The notes: generated from the sequence alone by a model not told the origin. 64,000 nucleotides of DNA from Candidatus Latescibacterota bacterium (GCA_965116885.1 OZ220741.1:2624001-2688000); one strand, 5' to 3'; positions 9,618 to 19,927 are shown, numbered from the stretch's first letter. A program made the numbers and translations.

Positions 9618-10247
9618 TTGCGAAAAAAACTAACTGCGCGCCAACAGGAGATATACGATTTTATCGCTCAGGTGATTCGCGATCAGGGATATCCGCCTAC
9701 GATCCGAGAAATTATGGAGGCTTTTGGGATTGCTTCAACCAATGGTGTGCGAACCACGCTGTCTGCATTGGAAAAGAAAGGGTATATTCGTCGGACTGCT
9801 ATGTTGTCGCGCAGCATTGAATTGACGGATTATCAGGCACGCGATGCCTCGCTTTCCGGGGATGTGCGCGAAGTGCCAGTGATTGGGCGCGTTGCTGCCG
9901 GTGAACCGATTCTGGCGATGGAAAATATTGAGAGTACGCTTGCTGTAGATTCCGGGTTTGTGCCGCGCGGCGATGTTTTTGCCCTTCAGGTTGAGGGTGA
10001 TAGCATGCGCGATGCAGGGATATTGGATGGCGATTTTGTGCTCGCGCGCCATCAGGAATCCGCCCATCAAGGTGAGATTGTCGTGGCTGTGATTGGCGAA
10101 GAAGCGACGGTTAAGCGCTACTATCGAGAGGGTTCGCAGGTCAAGTTGATGCCCGAAAATGAAGCCTACCAACCCATTGTGGTAGGTAAAAGCCACGAGA
10201 CATTCCGTATTGCCGGCAAAATCGTGGGTTTGATGCGGTCTTTTTAG
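9618..10247 (+). CDS. lexA: LexA repressor
   Basis: TTG start after AAGGAGG; LTARQ..GYPPTIREI HTH, VAAGEP cleavage site, GDSM serine and TVKR lysine. Confidence 0.95.
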   Translation: MRKKLTARQQEIYDFIAQVIRDQGYPPTIREIMEAFGIASTNGVRTTLSALEKKGYIRRTAMLSRSIELTDYQARDASLSGDVREVPVIGRVAAGEPILAMENIESTLAVDSGFVPRGDVFALQVEGDSMRDAGILDGDFVLARHQESAHQGEIVVAVIGEEATVKRYYREGSQVKLMPENEAYQPIVVGKSHETFRIAGKIVGLMRSF

Positions 10248-10277
10248 ACGAGTCAGAATACCGCTGCGTGATAGGAT

Positions 10278-10309
10278 AAAAGAGAGGTCTTAACAGATCT
10301 CTCTTTTTT
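10278..10309. terminator. Bidirectional intrinsic terminator between lexA and dprA
   Basis: AAAAGAGAGGTCT-TAAC-AGATCTCTCTTTT hairpin between convergent genes. Confidence 0.7.
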
Positions 10310-11405
10310 ATTTTTTTTGCCTGAAATGCATGCCGGGCAGTTGTTCGACATGGCCCTTGATTTCGAGGCTCAAGAGGATGTTGAGGGTTTCTCCAGAAGA
10401 GAATTTCACGGCTTTGGTGAGGGCGTCAATATGTACCGGGGTCGCATCGGCAGACAGGCTGACAAGAGCGTCCCATACGCGTTGTTCTCGGTCGGATAAG
10501 ACAGGTTGCTCAGAGGGTTGAGGAGGGAGTGGTGACCGATGTTCAATTTCGCTCAAGATGTCCTGTGTCGTTTGTACGAGAATGGCTCCCTGGCTGAGGA
10601 GGCTATTTGTGCCCTGACTTTTGCCCGAATAAATCGGACCGGGTACGGCAAAGACATCTCGGTTCTGGTCAAGTGCAAATTGGGCGGTGATGAGCGCCCC
10701 GCTCTGTTTGCCCGCTTCAACAACGACTGTGCCGAGGCTCAAGCCACTGATAATGCGGTTGCGTCTTGGAAAGTTGTGGGCTTCTGGGGTAGTGCCCAGT
10801 GGAAATTCTGAGAAGACCACACCGCGTTCACATATTTGTTGAAATAGGGTGCGATTTTCAGGTGGGTAGGGGCAATCCAGGCTGCTGCCCAGTACTGCTG
10901 CTGTTGCGCCGTGTTCGAGTGCCCCCCGATGTGCATGGGTATCAATGCCAACGGCCATGCCGCTGACCACTGTGACCCCTGCTCTGGCGAGATCACTTCC
11001 CAGGCGATGCGCGGTTTCCCGTCCATAAGGCGTGAAAGAGCGCGAGCCGACAATGCTTATGGTGGGGCTGTGGCAATGGCTTATATCGCCTTTTGCAAAG
11101 AGCAGAGGTGGTGGGGCGTAGATTTGATTTAATATTTCGGGATAGAGGGGATCGGTAAGCGTGCAGATCTGGATGCCGAGGTCTTTTGCGCGTGCGATTT
11201 GATCTCGCGCCCATGCCCAGTTCCGTTTGGTAGAGATAGATTGTGCGGTGCTGGGGCCAATGCCGGGGATCTCGCACAGTGCTTTGGGAGATTTAGAAAG
11301 AATATTTTCCGGCGTTTCAAAATGTTCGAGAAGAGCGCAATAGGCAGCGGGCCCCAGGCCCGGTACGGCGTAGAGTACCAGCCAGGGTAAAGTGTGGTCA
11401 CACAT
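10308..11405 (-). CDS. dprA: DNA-processing protein DprA
   Basis: IVGSR, VSGMAVGID, FPRRNRIISGLS, VVEAG, SGALITA, FAVPG motifs plus C-terminal wHTH; start could be 11450. Confidence 0.93.
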   Translation of the reverse strand: MCDHTLPWLVLYAVPGLGPAAYCALLEHFETPENILSKSPKALCEIPGIGPSTAQSISTKRNWAWARDQIARAKDLGIQICTLTDPLYPEILNQIYAPPPLLFAKGDISHCHSPTISIVGSRSFTPYGRETAHRLGSDLARAGVTVVSGMAVGIDTHAHRGALEHGATAAVLGSSLDCPYPPENRTLFQQICERGVVFSEFPLGTTPEAHNFPRRNRIISGLSLGTVVVEAGKQSGALITAQFALDQNRDVFAVPGPIYSGKSQGTNSLLSQGAILVQTTQDILSEIEHRSPLPPQPSEQPVLSDREQRVWDALVSLSADATPVHIDALTKAVKFSSGETLNILLSLEIKGHVEQLPGMHFRQKK

Positions 11406-11460
11406 AATGTCTCGTTTGAAAGGGGCGTTTTTAGGGATATAGGTAAGCAATATTTATGCC

Positions 11461-11491
11461 AAAAAAAAAGCCCGTTAAATGGGCTTTTTTT
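11461..11491. terminator. Intrinsic terminator after the sulfatase gene
   Basis: A-tract, AAGCCC-GTTAAAT-GGGCTT hairpin, T-tract. Confidence 0.65.
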
Positions 11492-11563
11492 CTTTTTGAC
11501 GTGAATATTTTGTTCACAATGCGGATAATGGGTTGAAATATTTGAATACTGGAAGAGGAGGAT

Positions 11564-13042
11564 TCAGTCTCTTGAATATCCGGGGATATTGTAGAGTGGA
11601 ACCGCCCATCCCGCATCCTGAATTAGCAAATTTGCATCCACACTTTTGGGTTCAGCTATCGCGCCAAAGTCTTTCCACTGGTCGCCATCTATAGGTTCGG
11701 TATAGCCTTCGTTTTGGAAAAAGCCTATTAGCTTTTCCCGCATTGTTTTTACCTCGGAGGCGTACAGGATATTGTACGCGCAGTTGCGCGTTTCCTCTGC
11801 ATCCACGCGGTGATCGAGCAGGTATTCCTTTTGGTCGCCGGCTGAATAGATGTATTTCAAGTTGCCGTCATAGGCCATGTACATACCCCGTTGTCCGCGC
11901 TGAATCTGACCGTAAATCATTCGTTCGCGCTCATTGCCCACGAGGTCGGCCATGTCCAGACCGTCTAAATCTGCGTTGTGATTGGAAATGCCTGCTGCGC
12001 CCAAAAATGTGGGGATCAGGTCCATCAATCCACACGGTGTTTCTTCTATAATACCGCGGGGAAAACGCTCGGGATAGCGCACCAGCATGGGGACTCGGGC
12101 CGCTGCATCGAGAAAGCTGCGTTTGCCAAAGCAGTTGTAATCCCCCAATAGTTCTCCGTGATCCGATGACCAGGCAATGAGGGTGTTGTCCAGTTCGCCC
12201 TGTTTTTCGAGTTCGTCAATGATTCGGCCCACGCTGTAGTCGATAAATGATATGCACGCCCAGTAATACCCGCGCATGACTTGCAACATGCGATTGTCCA
12301 ATCCCGCATCGCGGTATTTGTATCGATTCTGATGGCGATTGAAATGCGTCCACAGATCTTCCAGGTCATCGGGGCGTTTGGGAAAGGGCATCAGGGAACC
12401 GCGATAGAGTTTGTTCCAGGGCGTTGGTGGTGAGAAGGGTGGGTGCGGATGGATAAAACTCGACCATAAAAAGAATGGTTTGGATGTATCGCGGTTTTTC
12501 AGAAAGTCAATGCTGCGGTCCGCGACCCAGGCCGTTGGATGGTGGCGTGCGGGAAGTTGAGAAATTTGTGGGATATAATACATTTCTCCTCTCGCGCCCA
12601 TTGGATCGTGTACATAGTCATAGCCGTGTGCATGGAGGTATTTTAGATAATCATTTGCATCAGTTGTTCCCGAGATTTCTTCCTGTACATCTCGTGCGTG
12701 AAATCCCCGCAGTCCGCCACGATCACCGGTAAAGTGCATTTTGCCCACTCCGTGACAGAGGTACCCGCCCTGTGCGAGGAGGTCCATCAGCGATGGGCGA
12801 TCTGTCGGTTGTCGAAATCCATTGTCAAAGCACCCATTTTTGTGCGGATACTGTCCGGTAATAAGGGATGCACGGGCTGATACACAAACGGGTGATGGCG
12901 TGTATCCTTTGGTAAAATTTACTCCTTCATGGCACAACCGATCCATTACTGGCGTGCGGATATGCGGATTGCCAGCCGCGTGAATGGTGTCCCAGCGTTG
13001 CTGGTCGGTAAATGCGAATAGAATATTGGGTTGTTTGGGCAT
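11564..13042 (-). CDS. Sulfatase (Cys-type, choline-sulfatase-like)
   Basis: PNILF..TDQQR, CVSARASLITG, GKMH, SDHG motifs; ATG at 13042 follows GGAG. Confidence 0.9.
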   Translation of the reverse strand: MPKQPNILFAFTDQQRWDTIHAAGNPHIRTPVMDRLCHEGVNFTKGYTPSPVCVSARASLITGQYPHKNGCFDNGFRQPTDRPSLMDLLAQGGYLCHGVGKMHFTGDRGGLRGFHARDVQEEISGTTDANDYLKYLHAHGYDYVHDPMGARGEMYYIPQISQLPARHHPTAWVADRSIDFLKNRDTSKPFFLWSSFIHPHPPFSPPTPWNKLYRGSLMPFPKRPDDLEDLWTHFNRHQNRYKYRDAGLDNRMLQVMRGYYWACISFIDYSVGRIIDELEKQGELDNTLIAWSSDHGELLGDYNCFGKRSFLDAAARVPMLVRYPERFPRGIIEETPCGLMDLIPTFLGAAGISNHNADLDGLDMADLVGNERERMIYGQIQRGQRGMYMAYDGNLKYIYSAGDQKEYLLDHRVDAEETRNCAYNILYASEVKTMREKLIGFFQNEGYTEPIDGDQWKDFGAIAEPKSVDANLLIQDAGWAVPLYNIPGYSRD

Positions 13043-13062
13043 TTTTTTCTCCCTGGAGAATA

Positions 13063-14343
13063 TTAATAATTCGAAGCTTTCATGTAAAAACACAGCCAAA
13101 ATCCCACCAAAACGGTGGTGGCAGATAGGGCAAACACACCTTGAAGATGTACGAGGTCTGCGAGCACGCCTCCAAATATGGGATAGAGCGAACCAATGCC
13201 CAGGACGGTGTTGGTGATGCCGATATAGGTTGGGCGACGCTCTGCTGGCGCGATGTCCAGTAGATAACTTTTGAATCCAATAAAGATGCCCGTTGTCGTT
13301 CCGCCTATTAAGAGAAAAATTGGCGAAAAACACGCCGCGATTATCCACTCAGACGCGTGTTGCAACACGCTCGCCTGGTTGCTTAAGATCAATGCCATAC
13401 ACGGAATTAAAGCCACGCCCAATACGGCGAACAAGACCACGCGGTGGTTTCCGTAATTGAGCGAGAGTCTTCCCCATATTATATTAAAAATAGCTGCGCC
13501 TATGGTTTGTATGGCTAAAAAAAAGCCGACTGTGCTTTCCGAGATGTAAAATGTCTCCTGGGCGAGTACCACGTAAAACGGAAGTGAGAACCCAATGCCC
13601 GATGCCAGCATTTGAACCAGGAGGAACCGTCCAAAGTTGCGGTCGCGGCGCAGTAATTGAGGAATACCGCGAATCACCTGAATGGCATTTCGGTGGGTCG
13701 TGCTCATCTCTCCTTCTGGCTCTCGAACCAGACAGAAACACCCGATGCCCAGGCTCATCATCCCGGCGCCCAGCGCGAAGATCATGACGTAATTTATCGG
13801 AAAGTCATAACCGCTATCTGAGTCGAGAAAATACTTGACCAATATGCCCGCGAGGATGCTCAATATGCCGCCGAGAAATGAACGGGATGCGTAAAATAAT
13901 CCCGTGTGCGACCTCGGCAGAGATCTGCCCACGATATCTGTATAGGCATTGCCCGCGGGGCCTCCAAAAAGAGAAGCGATGCCATATAGAATGAGAAAGC
14001 TGCTCAATACCAGACTGGGGCGCTCGAGTCCGTACCACGCGAGTAGTGGCACGATTGCCCAGATCAGCGACATGCGAATGAGGTTGGCTTGTCTGTACAC
14101 TGGAAGCCGACGCGCACGCCGCTCCAGATATCCCGCCACGAGCAATTGGGGCAAATGCCAACCTGCGCGGTGTAGAGAAGCGGCCAGGCCGACCAGCGTA
14201 TCTGAGGTTGTAAAATGCCGAATAAAAACGGGTAAGACTGTGGTGGGGTCTAAAAATGCTGTGCCAAATGCGAAGATGCCACCATTTAATGTCCCCACAA
14301 TAAAGTTGAACTGCGCATTACCCTTTTCAGGTAAGAATCCCAT
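13063..14343 (-). CDS. MFS transporter
   Basis: About 12 hydrophobic segments over 426 aa; DIAPAERRPTYIG motif. Confidence 0.8.
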   Translation of the reverse strand: MGFLPEKGNAQFNFIVGTLNGGIFAFGTAFLDPTTVLPVFIRHFTTSDTLVGLAASLHRAGWHLPQLLVAGYLERRARRLPVYRQANLIRMSLIWAIVPLLAWYGLERPSLVLSSFLILYGIASLFGGPAGNAYTDIVGRSLPRSHTGLFYASRSFLGGILSILAGILVKYFLDSDSGYDFPINYVMIFALGAGMMSLGIGCFCLVREPEGEMSTTHRNAIQVIRGIPQLLRRDRNFGRFLLVQMLASGIGFSLPFYVVLAQETFYISESTVGFFLAIQTIGAAIFNIIWGRLSLNYGNHRVVLFAVLGVALIPCMALILSNQASVLQHASEWIIAACFSPIFLLIGGTTTGIFIGFKSYLLDIAPAERRPTYIGITNTVLGIGSLYPIFGGVLADLVHLQGVFALSATTVLVGFWLCFYMKASNY

Positions 14344-14350
14344 TTAATGA

Positions 14351-14381
14351 ATTAAAAATTAAAAATTAAAAATTAAAAATT
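14351..14381. repeat. Heptamer tandem repeat (ATTAAAA)x4+
   Basis: Four perfect copies plus ATT directly upstream of the MFS start codon. Confidence 0.9.
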
Positions 14382-14505
14382 GTCCCCACACCCGATGAAC
14401 CGCTAAGTCGTTATATGCTGTTCCACAATATAATGCTTCTTGACAATCGGAAAACTCATTTCTATATCTTGGTTATAGATCACAATTCAGTGTAAGGAGA
14501 ATCCC

Positions 14506-14976
14506 ATGTCCAGAATTATTTATCTCGCCAGTCCCTACGGTTTTTCGTCTCAACAGAAACAGAAACTTTTGCCCGAGTTTGTTCAGGCGCTCGAGTCTCT
14601 CGGCGCAGAAGTGTGGGAACCGTTTGGACGCAATAATCAGATTGACAAGGCACAGCCCGGATGGGCGTATCAAATCGGGCAGGCAGATGTGCGCGATGTC
14701 AAAGAATCAGACGCGATATTTGCCATTGTCAATGGGACGCCGCCCGATGAAGGTGTGATGGTTGAGCTTGGGATTGCCATTGCTTTGGGAAAAAAGACTT
14801 TTCTCTTTCGGGACGATTTTCGCCGCTGTACCGATTCAGAAGACTATGCGCTTAACCTTATGCTGTTTACTGGTTTGCCAGAACGCGGCTGGGAAGATTA
14901 TTATTACACCTCTTTGGATGAAGTTGCCGATCCGGATAAGGCTCTGGTGCGCTGGCTGAATGGAGCAATGGATTGA
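14506..14976 (+). CDS. Nucleoside 2-deoxyribosyltransferase family protein
   Basis: IYLASP, D..DA..A, DEGVMVELGIA motifs; AAGGAG RBS; TTGACA-17-TATATC at 14440-14468. Confidence 0.8.
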   Translation: MSRIIYLASPYGFSSQQKQKLLPEFVQALESLGAEVWEPFGRNNQIDKAQPGWAYQIGQADVRDVKESDAIFAIVNGTPPDEGVMVELGIAIALGKKTFLFRDDFRRCTDSEDYALNLMLFTGLPERGWEDYYYTSLDEVADPDKALVRWLNGAMD

Positions 14977-15001
14977 CAGACCTATCATTCCTGAGTATTA
15001 T
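14973..15001 (+). promoter_or_regulatory. Sigma70 promoter for the Uma2 gene, overlapping the upstream stop codon
   Basis: TTGACA-17 nt-TATTAT. Confidence 0.55.
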
Positions 15002-15042
15002 ATTTTAACCATTATTTTCACCCAAACACAACAGGTTCAGGT

Positions 15043-15591
15043 ATGGCCCTACAAACCGTTGCCACCATGACAGCCGATGAGCTTCTGGTGATGCCGCACA
15101 ATGGCTATCGCTATGAACTCATAAAGGGAGAATTGCGCCAGATGGCTCCAGCGGGAAGTCAGCACGGACGAATTGCATTGAAGATAGGATGGCGTCTTGC
15201 CCAGTTTGTCGAAGAGAACGGACTTGGAACAACTTATGCCGCCGAAACCGGATTTATTATCGACACTGCGCCCGATACGGTGCGCGCACCCGACGCGAGT
15301 TTTGTGTCTAAAGAACGTGCGGAAGCCATAGACGACGAAGGGTTTTTTCCCGGCGCGCCCGACCTTGCCGTTGAAGTCGTCTCACCGAATGACCGCGCAT
15401 CCGAAGTGACGGAAAAAGCATTTGATTGGTTGCGGGCAGGTGCGAAGATGGTTATTGTGCTCGATCCCAAAACGCATATAGCAACCGTCTATCGCGGGTT
15501 CGATGATGTTCGCATTCTCACAGAAGGCGATACGATTGACGGCGGTGATGTCCTGCCCGGGTGGCAATTGCCACTTGCAGATGTGTTCTAA
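15043..15591 (+). CDS. Uma2-family (PD-D/ExK-like) endonuclease
   Basis: YELIKGEL..P..HG, RAPDASFV, APDLAVEVVSP, VLPGW. Confidence 0.9.
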   Translation: MALQTVATMTADELLVMPHNGYRYELIKGELRQMAPAGSQHGRIALKIGWRLAQFVEENGLGTTYAAETGFIIDTAPDTVRAPDASFVSKERAEAIDDEGFFPGAPDLAVEVVSPNDRASEVTEKAFDWLRAGAKMVIVLDPKTHIATVYRGFDDVRILTEGDTIDGGDVLPGWQLPLADVF

Positions 15592-15621
15592 AAAAAGGGC
15601 GACCAAAAGGTCGCCTTTTTT
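15591..15621. terminator. Bidirectional intrinsic terminator
   Basis: A-tract, GGCGACC-AAAA-GGTCGCC hairpin, T-tract between convergent genes. Confidence 0.8.
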
Positions 15622-15629
15622 ATATCTAT

Positions 15630-16991
15630 TTATCGCGCGGCCTCTATGGCCTCGGCTTTCATCTTTTCTCTTTCCACATCGTCCTGCCATCGCGCTTGAA
15701 TATCTTCGCGCAAACGCCAGAGTGGATCAAAATAAAAGAAAAATGTATCGGGTTTTACTACGGGACTGATATAGACGGCGATACCGGTTTCCCTGTTGTA
15801 GTATTCATAGGAGTGCGCGTCTCGTTTTCCGCCACCGCCCAATGTATCTACAATAAATGTGGGCATGTTGAACCCGGATGTGGTGCCGCGTATGGCTTTT
15901 TCAATGGCGAGGCCATCGTCGAGTGTTGTTCGCAGGTCTTCGACGCCGCGCACGAGGTCGTGGAAATACACATAATAGGGTTGTACGTTTAAGTAGCTTA
16001 ACCGCTTGACCAGGAGTCCCATCGTCTCGGTGCTGTTATTCACGCCGCTTTGAAGTACTGCCTGGTTGCGTATTGTTATTCCGCGCGACTGTAGCCGATT
16101 AAGCCCATCCTGGGTAATGCCGGTGATTTCGGAGGGGTGATTAAAATGGGTGTGCAAGACGACTTCTTTGTGCATTTTGCGCCCGCGATCTACCACGCGC
16201 GTCAGCGCATCTACCCAGGCATCATCTGTGACGAGTTTTTGCGGCATGACCGCCGGGCCTTTGGTCGCAAAGCGAAATCGCCGAATGTGGTCAATATCCA
16301 GCAGGCGATTGCCCAATTCTTCGAGTTGATCGGCTTTGAGTTGATACATGTCGCCACCGCTGACCACTACGTCTTCGATTTCGGGACGCGATTGAATATA
16401 CCCAATCGCATGGTCCCATCGTTCGCGATTGACTCGCAGATTAACTTTTTCTACATCTTCTGTATTCAGTCCTACGGCATAGCTGCGGGTGCAAAATCGG
16501 CAATATACAGGACAGGTGTCCAATACGAGGAATAACACGCGGTCTGGATAGCGATGTGTTAATCCTTCAACGGGGGCATCTCCCAATTCATTGAGCGAAT
16601 CGAGGTGCAGTTCGGGATGATCGCGCTCTTGCTCGCATCTGAGAGACAAAAATTGTTTGCGAATCGGATCGCGATATGGGTCATCCCAGTTGATCAAGCT
16701 CGTGATATACGGCGAAATCCGCACACTCATGGGCGCGTGTTGCAGGCCCGCGGCGACCTCTTGATAAAAGTCATTGGGTACCCGGTCCTCGAGTACCCGC
16801 ATCAATTTGCCCACGCTGGTTATTGAATGGCGCATCTGAAAGATGTGCGAGTGAAAGGTGCGCGCGTCTATGTTTGCAAAAGCGGGAATATGTCGCCAGA
16901 ATTCGTCCCGACGCAATTCGCGGTGCGCGAGAGCCTCGGGATCGACGGGCGGTTTTGTGCGGGGGGCATAAACTTCTTCAATAACGTCCAT
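15630..16991 (-). CDS. KamA-family radical SAM aminomutase (lysine 2,3-aminomutase-like)
   Basis: LTHRYPDRV, CPVYCRFCTR, SGGD, HFNHP, GGGGK PLP-lysine motif; minus-strand TTGACA-17-TATTAT at 17076-17048. Confidence 0.88.
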   Translation of the reverse strand: MDVIEEVYAPRTKPPVDPEALAHRELRRDEFWRHIPAFANIDARTFHSHIFQMRHSITSVGKLMRVLEDRVPNDFYQEVAAGLQHAPMSVRISPYITSLINWDDPYRDPIRKQFLSLRCEQERDHPELHLDSLNELGDAPVEGLTHRYPDRVLFLVLDTCPVYCRFCTRSYAVGLNTEDVEKVNLRVNRERWDHAIGYIQSRPEIEDVVVSGGDMYQLKADQLEELGNRLLDIDHIRRFRFATKGPAVMPQKLVTDDAWVDALTRVVDRGRKMHKEVVLHTHFNHPSEITGITQDGLNRLQSRGITIRNQAVLQSGVNNSTETMGLLVKRLSYLNVQPYYVYFHDLVRGVEDLRTTLDDGLAIEKAIRGTTSGFNMPTFIVDTLGGGGKRDAHSYEYYNRETGIAVYISPVVKPDTFFFYFDPLWRLREDIQARWQDDVEREKMKAEAIEAAR

Positions 16992-17164
16992 CTTTCTGCC
17001 TTTTTAGTGAGATGCAAAGTGTGGTTACGCCTGTGTGCAAGCTACCTATAATACACCCACAGTATATATCTGTCAAGTCTGGGCGTGGACAAAAACCTTG
17101 TCCGACCCGTTTGTTTATTTTACTTTAGGAAATCTGTTGCTATCATTTTGAATGGAATTTTTTT

Positions 17165-19927
17165 ATGCCAAAGCGCGCGTTTATTATCCTAATTTTGGGT
17201 TTTGCTATTTTTGCAGCTTTTGTTGGGCTGAGGTTGCTCTCGGTGCTTTATACAGATTTTCTCTGGTTTTCAGAACTCGGCTTTCAAAACGCTTTTGTCA
17301 CTATTATACGCACCAAAACCCTTGCCCTTTTCGCATTTGGAAGTGTTTTTGCACTGATCTGCGGTATTAGTATTGTCGCTGCCCGGCGCTATGGACAGCC
17401 CACGCGTATTATGGCGCTTGAGGTTATTATCGATGGCGATGTTCCCATACCGCCTGATCACTCCCTCCGACAGCGCTACGCCTGGATCGGGATTGTCGCG
17501 CTGTTGTCCTTTTTTATGGGTGTTGCGGGCACTTCAGCCTGGTCCGTTGTTCTCAAATACGCCAATCCCACTCCTTTTGATCTGACCGATCCCATATTTG
17601 GGTACGACATAGCATTTTATGTTTTTAGCTTGCCGCTGTACAATTTTTTGCAGGGTTGGCTCATTTCTGCAGTTATTGTGACGGGGATTGCTACGGTTGT
17701 TTCCTATCACCAGGATAGGGCGATTCGGTTCGATGACAAGCGCTGGATTACGATTTCGCATGTGCGGGCACACGTCTCGATTCTCGGCGCTGTTCTCGCT
17801 CTTTTACTCGCGTGGGGGTATTGGCTAAAAAAATACGAATTGCTCTTTTCTTTTCGCAAAGAAGCTTTTTTTGGCGCGGGTTATACAGACCTCACTATTC
17901 AGATTTGGGCTTATTATCTGATGCTTTTGGGGCTTGTTGTTCTGGCGGGTTTGCTCTTTTACAACGTGCGCGTTCGCACATGGACGATTCCCGGATTTGG
18001 CGCGGCGGGCTATCTCGCTGCGCTCATTGTCGTGAGTTGGTGCATCCCCGTGGTCTTTGAATTGGTGGTTGTGCGGGCCAATGAATTTGATAGAGAAAAG
18101 CCGTATATACAACATGCTATTAATTATACGCGCAAAGCATATAGTCTGGACAAGATCGAGGAGGTGCCTTTTCCCGGCGAATCTGATCTCACTGCGGATG
18201 ATATCGCAGATAATCAGGCTACCATACAAAGTATTCCGCTGTGGGATCGCCGCCCGCTTATGGATACGTATTCGCAGATTCAGGAAATTCGGTCCTACTA
18301 CAAATTTCGAAGTGTCGATGTGGATCGGTATCGCATTGACGGAACGTATCGGCAGGTTATGCTGGCCGCACGCGAACTCGCGAGAAATCCGCGCGATTTA
18401 CCAGGGGATACATGGGTCAATCGACGTCTTGTGTACACGCATGGATACGGTCTGGTCATGAGTCCGGCGAATGAGATTGCAGCCGAAGGACTGCCGGGAT
18501 TTTTGCTCAAAGATATTCCACCGGTTACATCAAATGGCCTGGAGGTTGTCCGCCCCGAACTCTACTATGGGGAAGACATGCGCGATTATGTTATTGTTCG
18601 GACCAATACACCCGAATTTGATTATCCCAAGGGAGATGAGAATATATACACTACTTACAAGGGACGCGGTGGTGTGCCATTGGGCGGATTTTTGACGCGC
18701 CTTGTATTTGCCATTCGCTTTGTCGATCCATTTATTCTTTTTACCGATGCGATAACGCCTCAAAGTCGCATTGTGTTTGATCGGCACATCGGCACTCGCT
18801 TTGGCGAAGATGCCCCGCGGCGGTTTGACAAAATTGCTCCGTTTCTCCGTTTTGACGACGATCCCTATCTCGCTCTGGTTGAAGGTCGCCTGGTCTGGAT
18901 ACAGGATGCCTATACCGTGTCCAATATGTTTCCCTATTCGATGCCTTATGGACGGCCTTATGTGCGAGAGATGAACTATATCCGAAATTCTGTCAAAGTG
19001 GTGCTCGACGCGTACAACGGCAGTGTCACTTTTTATGCCTGGGATACGAGTGACCCCCTTCTCAAGACCTATATGGCGATTTTCCCGCATCTGTTCAAGT
19101 CAGCCGATGAAATCAGTCCCGACCTTCGATCACACTTGCGGTATCCGATAGATCTCTTTGATATTCAGGCGTCGCTTTACAATACGTATCACATGACCAC
19201 TCCGATTGTGTTCTACAACCGCGAAGATGTGTGGGAGATTCCCACCGAATACTACGGGACAGTTGATCGCCCCATTCGTATGCGTCCGTATTATGTGATG
19301 GCGCGTTTGCCGGATGAAGACCGCGAAGAATATATTCTTATGCTGCCGGCTACGCCTTCTAACAAACCCAATATGATCGGCTGGATATTTGCGCGCTGTG
19401 ACGGAGAAAATTACGGACGACTCGTGGTCTATAAATTGCCCAAGGAAAAGCTCATTTACGGGCCGATGCTTATCGAACAACGCATCAATCAAGATACTGA
19501 TATTTCTCGAGAAATTACGCTATGGGACCAGCGAGGATCAGATGTCATACGCGGCAATTTGCTGGTTATTCCCATCCGCAATTCGTTCATTTATGTCGAG
19601 CCGCTTTATTTGCGCGCGTCCCAACACGGTATGCCAGAACTCAAGCGCGTGCTCGCTATTCACGGCGACCGCCTCGCTATGGGCGAAGATCTCAACGATG
19701 CCCTTAACAGGGTTTTTGCCAAAAAAACGGGCACGCGAGTTCGGGATACTGAAATTTTGCCAGAAGACCTCAAAGCACTTGCTCGCCAGGCATATCGGCA
19801 ATTTGAAACGGCGCAACAGCATTTGCAGGCGGGCGCGTTTTCCGATTATGGACAAAGCGTTGAGGCACTGCGCCAAACTCTTCGGCGTATGTATGAAAGT
19901 GAAGAACAAAATAGACGAGATGAATAA
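17165..19927 (+). CDS. UPF0182-family membrane protein
   Basis: LWFSELG, DPIFGYDIAFYVFSLP, YTHGYG, NYIRNSVK, YVEPLY, PELKRV motifs. Confidence 0.92.
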   Translation: MPKRAFIILILGFAIFAAFVGLRLLSVLYTDFLWFSELGFQNAFVTIIRTKTLALFAFGSVFALICGISIVAARRYGQPTRIMALEVIIDGDVPIPPDHSLRQRYAWIGIVALLSFFMGVAGTSAWSVVLKYANPTPFDLTDPIFGYDIAFYVFSLPLYNFLQGWLISAVIVTGIATVVSYHQDRAIRFDDKRWITISHVRAHVSILGAVLALLLAWGYWLKKYELLFSFRKEAFFGAGYTDLTIQIWAYYLMLLGLVVLAGLLFYNVRVRTWTIPGFGAAGYLAALIVVSWCIPVVFELVVVRANEFDREKPYIQHAINYTRKAYSLDKIEEVPFPGESDLTADDIADNQATIQSIPLWDRRPLMDTYSQIQEIRSYYKFRSVDVDRYRIDGTYRQVMLAARELARNPRDLPGDTWVNRRLVYTHGYGLVMSPANEIAAEGLPGFLLKDIPPVTSNGLEVVRPELYYGEDMRDYVIVRTNTPEFDYPKGDENIYTTYKGRGGVPLGGFLTRLVFAIRFVDPFILFTDAITPQSRIVFDRHIGTRFGEDAPRRFDKIAPFLRFDDDPYLALVEGRLVWIQDAYTVSNMFPYSMPYGRPYVREMNYIRNSVKVVLDAYNGSVTFYAWDTSDPLLKTYMAIFPHLFKSADEISPDLRSHLRYPIDLFDIQASLYNTYHMTTPIVFYNREDVWEIPTEYYGTVDRPIRMRPYYVMARLPDEDREEYILMLPATPSNKPNMIGWIFARCDGENYGRLVVYKLPKEKLIYGPMLIEQRINQDTDISREITLWDQRGSDVIRGNLLVIPIRNSFIYVEPLYLRASQHGMPELKRVLAIHGDRLAMGEDLNDALNRVFAKKTGTRVRDTEILPEDLKALARQAYRQFETAQQHLQAGAFSDYGQSVEALRQTLRRMYESEEQNRRDE

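Noticed and set aside
13043..13348. Extension of the sulfatase ORF to 594 aa
   Set aside because: Overlaps the MFS gene; the sulfatase motif begins at the ATG at 13042 with an RBS
14506..15591. Deoxyribosyltransferase + Uma2 nuclease as a defence operon
   Set aside because: Each has its own sigma70-like promoter and Uma2 genes are commonly scattered singletons; no other defence genes adjacent
19389..19919. Extension of the murQ ORF to 477 aa
   Set aside because: Alternative frame within UPF0182; MurQ homology starts at 19920
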